This document shows, piece by piece, positions 61,245 to 64,000 of a stretch of DNA of 64,000 bases. The DNA is from Basidiobolus meristosporus CBS 931.73. Lineage: Eukaryota; Fungi; Basidiobolomycota. A model generated the notes under the pieces. The model had not been told where the DNA came from. It saw only the letters and a program-made list of their open reading frames with translations, and did no database searches. Each line of letters begins with the position of its first letter. Position 1 is the stretch's first letter. Both the position numbers and the translations under genes were made by a program. Where the stretch lies: the NCBI GenBank assembly GCA_002104905.1, contig MCFE01000191.1, forward strand, positions 62,001 to 126,000, read 5' to 3'.

Positions 61245-63041
61245 ATGACCAATACACCACTCCCAGAGTTAATAGCCACTTTTAAAGGAGCCATTCCAGT
61301 AAAATTCTCAGGAGAGAATGTTACTGAGTTTCTAGAGGAGTTTAACAATATAGCTGCAGCATTTGAGCTATCACACAAGAACAAAATCCAGTTGTTTCCC
61401 TTTCTCTGTGAAGTTGAAGTATCAAGATTCTTACAAAGTTTGGACCCATTTAAGATATCTGTTGGCGCTAACTATAACTGGGACACTGCTCAACAAGCTA
61501 TTTTAGCTGAATACCAAAAAGAAGCACAGTTTGTTACACTAAATGAGCTAGAAATGCCTTACAACAAGACCCAACCCTTGCAGAAGTACATTCAAAAGTT
61601 TGAGTCAAAAGCAAGGCATGTTGAAGCAGCTATTGGAATTCCAAGATTTTATCAAAGAAACTATTTTCTTATGAATATGCCTCCTGAAATACGTAATGCC
61701 ATTAGCCACCAAGTTCAGGCTATAAGCTCCTACAACAATGTTAAACAAATGGTGTTAAACTATCAATCAGGGAGACAAGTCATGGATTCCATTAATATTC
61801 AAATGAAGATTTCCACTCCAGCTAAACAAATTCTTCATTGTACAAATAACCCGCAAAGTGATCAGGTTAATGAATTGATTAATGCATTAGGAAAACTGAC
61901 GCTTAAGTTGGACTCTCAAAGTGTACCATCATCAAGCATCAACAAGGCAAGACCAGAAAATCCCAAAACAACCAGTAATTATCCACAGCAAACCAAATAT
62001 TGTGTGTACTGTGAATCTGCTAAGCACAGCCGTTATGGTTGTCAAATATTTAATATTGATATCGACAGTCATAAGGTTATGATTGATTGTTATGGGAAGA
62101 TCTGTGATATTGCTGGAAACCCCTTGCCTATCAACAGAGGTTATGGTGGAATGAGGTCCTATGTACTTGCTCAAGAAGAATCAAGTAAAAACACCAAGAC
62201 ATCAAATTTCATACAAATCCAAAAGACTGCAGAAATTCCAAGCAATGAACGTTACGTACTCACAATATCAGATCCATCAGGGCAGGTCCAAGAATATCTA
62301 ATGGAAAAAGAGGAAGTTGAAGAGCTTAATTGCCTTATTGATAAGAGAAAGTATGTTTCTACAGAGAACAATCCTAAAAAAGTGTGTACCGACAAAAGAA
62401 ATCAGCCAATTGTTGAAATACCAGTACAGCCAGAAACATCAAAAATCCAAAAAGAACACTTGCAACCTCAATCTAAGTATGATACTACTGCAATTACACA
62501 GAAAGTTATCGACAAATTCTGGAAATCTCCATTTCCACAACTTACAAATCAAGAAATGTTCACCGCCATCAACAATCTCAGTCAACTACTACCAGAAATG
62601 GTTAAGCCTATGAACAAAGATATCCTGAAGAATTATCAAGAACAGTCATCAACAACGTTATCAAGTGAACAACTACAATTTGAAGTAGAAAAAGCCTTTT
62701 ACTCTATAACAACAGGAAGCTATGCTGCTACAATCAACAATGTTGAAGTGGAATGTGTTTTTGATTCTGGATCAGAAATCAATGCTATCACCGCTATGAC
62801 TTTTGAAAAAATCAAATTGCCATTGACAGAAGTTGACTGGAATATGAGAACTGCTACAGGTGCAACAGAGAAGATGCTTAGACTTTGTCACTCTGTACCA
62901 ATTGAAATTGGAGGAATCAGGGTTACTTCTCCCTTTTTCATTGTTGCCAATGGACCCACTTTTGAGGTATTGTTGGGACAACCATATGAGAGAAAATCTC
63001 TTCTACAAGCTGATAATAGACCTGATGGAAGCTATGGCTGA
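61245..63041 (+). CDS. gag: Gypsy gag plus aspartic protease (598 aa)
   Basis: Open 598 codons; CVYCESAKHSRYGC knuckle-like motif; protease VFDSGSEINAI...LLGQP. Confidence 0.9.
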   Translation: MTNTPLPELIATFKGAIPVKFSGENVTEFLEEFNNIAAAFELSHKNKIQLFPFLCEVEVSRFLQSLDPFKISVGANYNWDTAQQAILAEYQKEAQFVTLNELEMPYNKTQPLQKYIQKFESKARHVEAAIGIPRFYQRNYFLMNMPPEIRNAISHQVQAISSYNNVKQMVLNYQSGRQVMDSINIQMKISTPAKQILHCTNNPQSDQVNELINALGKLTLKLDSQSVPSSSINKARPENPKTTSNYPQQTKYCVYCESAKHSRYGCQIFNIDIDSHKVMIDCYGKICDIAGNPLPINRGYGGMRSYVLAQEESSKNTKTSNFIQIQKTAEIPSNERYVLTISDPSGQVQEYLMEKEEVEELNCLIDKRKYVSTENNPKKVCTDKRNQPIVEIPVQPETSKIQKEHLQPQSKYDTTAITQKVIDKFWKSPFPQLTNQEMFTAINNLSQLLPEMVKPMNKDILKNYQEQSSTTLSSEQLQFEVEKAFYSITTGSYAATINNVEVECVFDSGSEINAITAMTFEKIKLPLTEVDWNMRTATGATEKMLRLCHSVPIEIGGIRVTSPFFIVANGPTFEVLLGQPYERKSLLQADNRPDGSYG

Positions 63042-64000
63042 CAATCACATCTGACGATCAAAAAAGAAGGGCAACCTTTTGTGCAGCAGAAGAGAATAAT
63101 CCAAGAAATGCAGACACCATTCCAGTACAAAACATACAGGTTCATAAGGATATTTTGTTTTATGATCAACACTTCATTCCATCGACAACAAGTAAGACAA
63201 ATACCAAGTATAAGCCAGTTGCATTGAAAGCAAAGCCAGTATCTACTGGAATCTCACCATCTGCCCACAACAATCCTCAAATGGAGCCTTTGCACAAATA
63301 TGACAAAATCAGACTCACAGAAGAGAAGCTCAAGGAGTTGGCTATTGGGACTACTCTTTCCACTGAGAAGAGAAGTCTCTTTTTGACTATGCTACAACGC
63401 TATGACAATGTCTTTGCATTTAATGATGCACAAAGAGGATGTTTATCCACAGAGCTATTTCCACTGGTTAAGATCCATACCATTGAACATACACCATGGG
63501 CACTGAGATCATATCCTATTCCCTCAAGATTACTGAACAAAGTAATTGAAATGCTACAATCAAGATTTCAAAGTGGAGTTATTGAATATAGCTATGGACC
63601 TTATCGCAATCCCTGGTTTACACCGTTGAAGAAAAATGGAAGTCTACGGTTTATTCAAGACGTACAGCATTTGAATAAGGTCACCATCAAAGATGCTATG
63701 CAACCACCCATACAACATGAGTATATTGAGTCATTTACTGGATATCCTCTGATTACAACATTGGATCTTTATTCAGGATATGACCAAATACTTCTGGATC
63801 CTACCTCAAGAGATTTCACCGCTATGGATACACCAATAGGACTCATAAGGATGACAAGAATTCCTCAAGGATGGACAAACTCTGTCCAAAATTATCAACG
63901 TGCAATGATTTGTGTTTTGGATGACTGTTTCCCTGAAATATGCCGACCATTTCTTGATGACATTGCAGTTAAGAATAAGTCCAGAGAAAAAGATACATCG
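63035..64000 (+). CDS. pol: Gypsy pol (RT), in the -1 frame relative to gag and open to the window edge; missing from the ORF track
   Basis: My translation: WLTITSDDQKRR...KYKPVALKAKPV...GPYRNPWFTPLKKNGSLRFIQD...LDLYSGYDQ...RIPQGWTNS...PFLDDIAVK; no stop in 322 codons. Confidence 0.9.

Larger units (their letters stand above)
59940..64000 (+). mobile_element. Gypsy-A, young Ty3/gypsy element, 3' part outside the window
   Basis: 5' LTR-D 59940-61177, PBS, gag-protease ORF and RT. Confidence 0.95.

Noticed and set aside
63026-63041. Programmed -1 ribosomal frameshift
   Set aside because: There is no X XXY YYZ slippery site in the 13-nt overlap, and the break falls after the protease rather than between gag and protease.
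1-64000. Classical ascomycete RIP
   Set aside because: CpA/TpG dinucleotides are abundant, and the differences between copies are concentrated at CpG.

Overview
Gene-free eukaryotic transposon nest, probably fungal (inferred from the transposase and gypsy motifs). It holds no recognisable host gene, RNA gene or CRISPR array. Contents: (i) one Ty1/copia family ('Copia-A', about 349-bp LTRs), with two full-length frameshifted copies bounded by TSDs (37072-41754 +, 43879-49646 -) and several partial copies; (ii) three Ty3/gypsy lineages: a young one running off the right edge (LTR 59940-61177, gag-PR-RT), two decayed Gypsy-B copies and one very old RT-RNase H remnant; (iii) many solo LTRs of at least six families, most with intact 4-5-bp TSDs; (iv) several decayed CACTA/Tnp2-type transposase genes, which form the oldest layer; (v) a family of non-autonomous DNA elements with AGACTTGTTCC...GGAACAAGTCT ends and 3-bp AWT TSDs, including 715-734-bp foldbacks. 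Older copies show CpG-to-TpG/CpA decay. The most unusual item is a 0.6-kb fragment of a family-B DNA polymerase proofreading domain with virus-like motifs, captured inside a gypsy solo LTR (14581-15179). Family names A-K are my working labels. All coordinates and alignments were read by eye; no database search was run.
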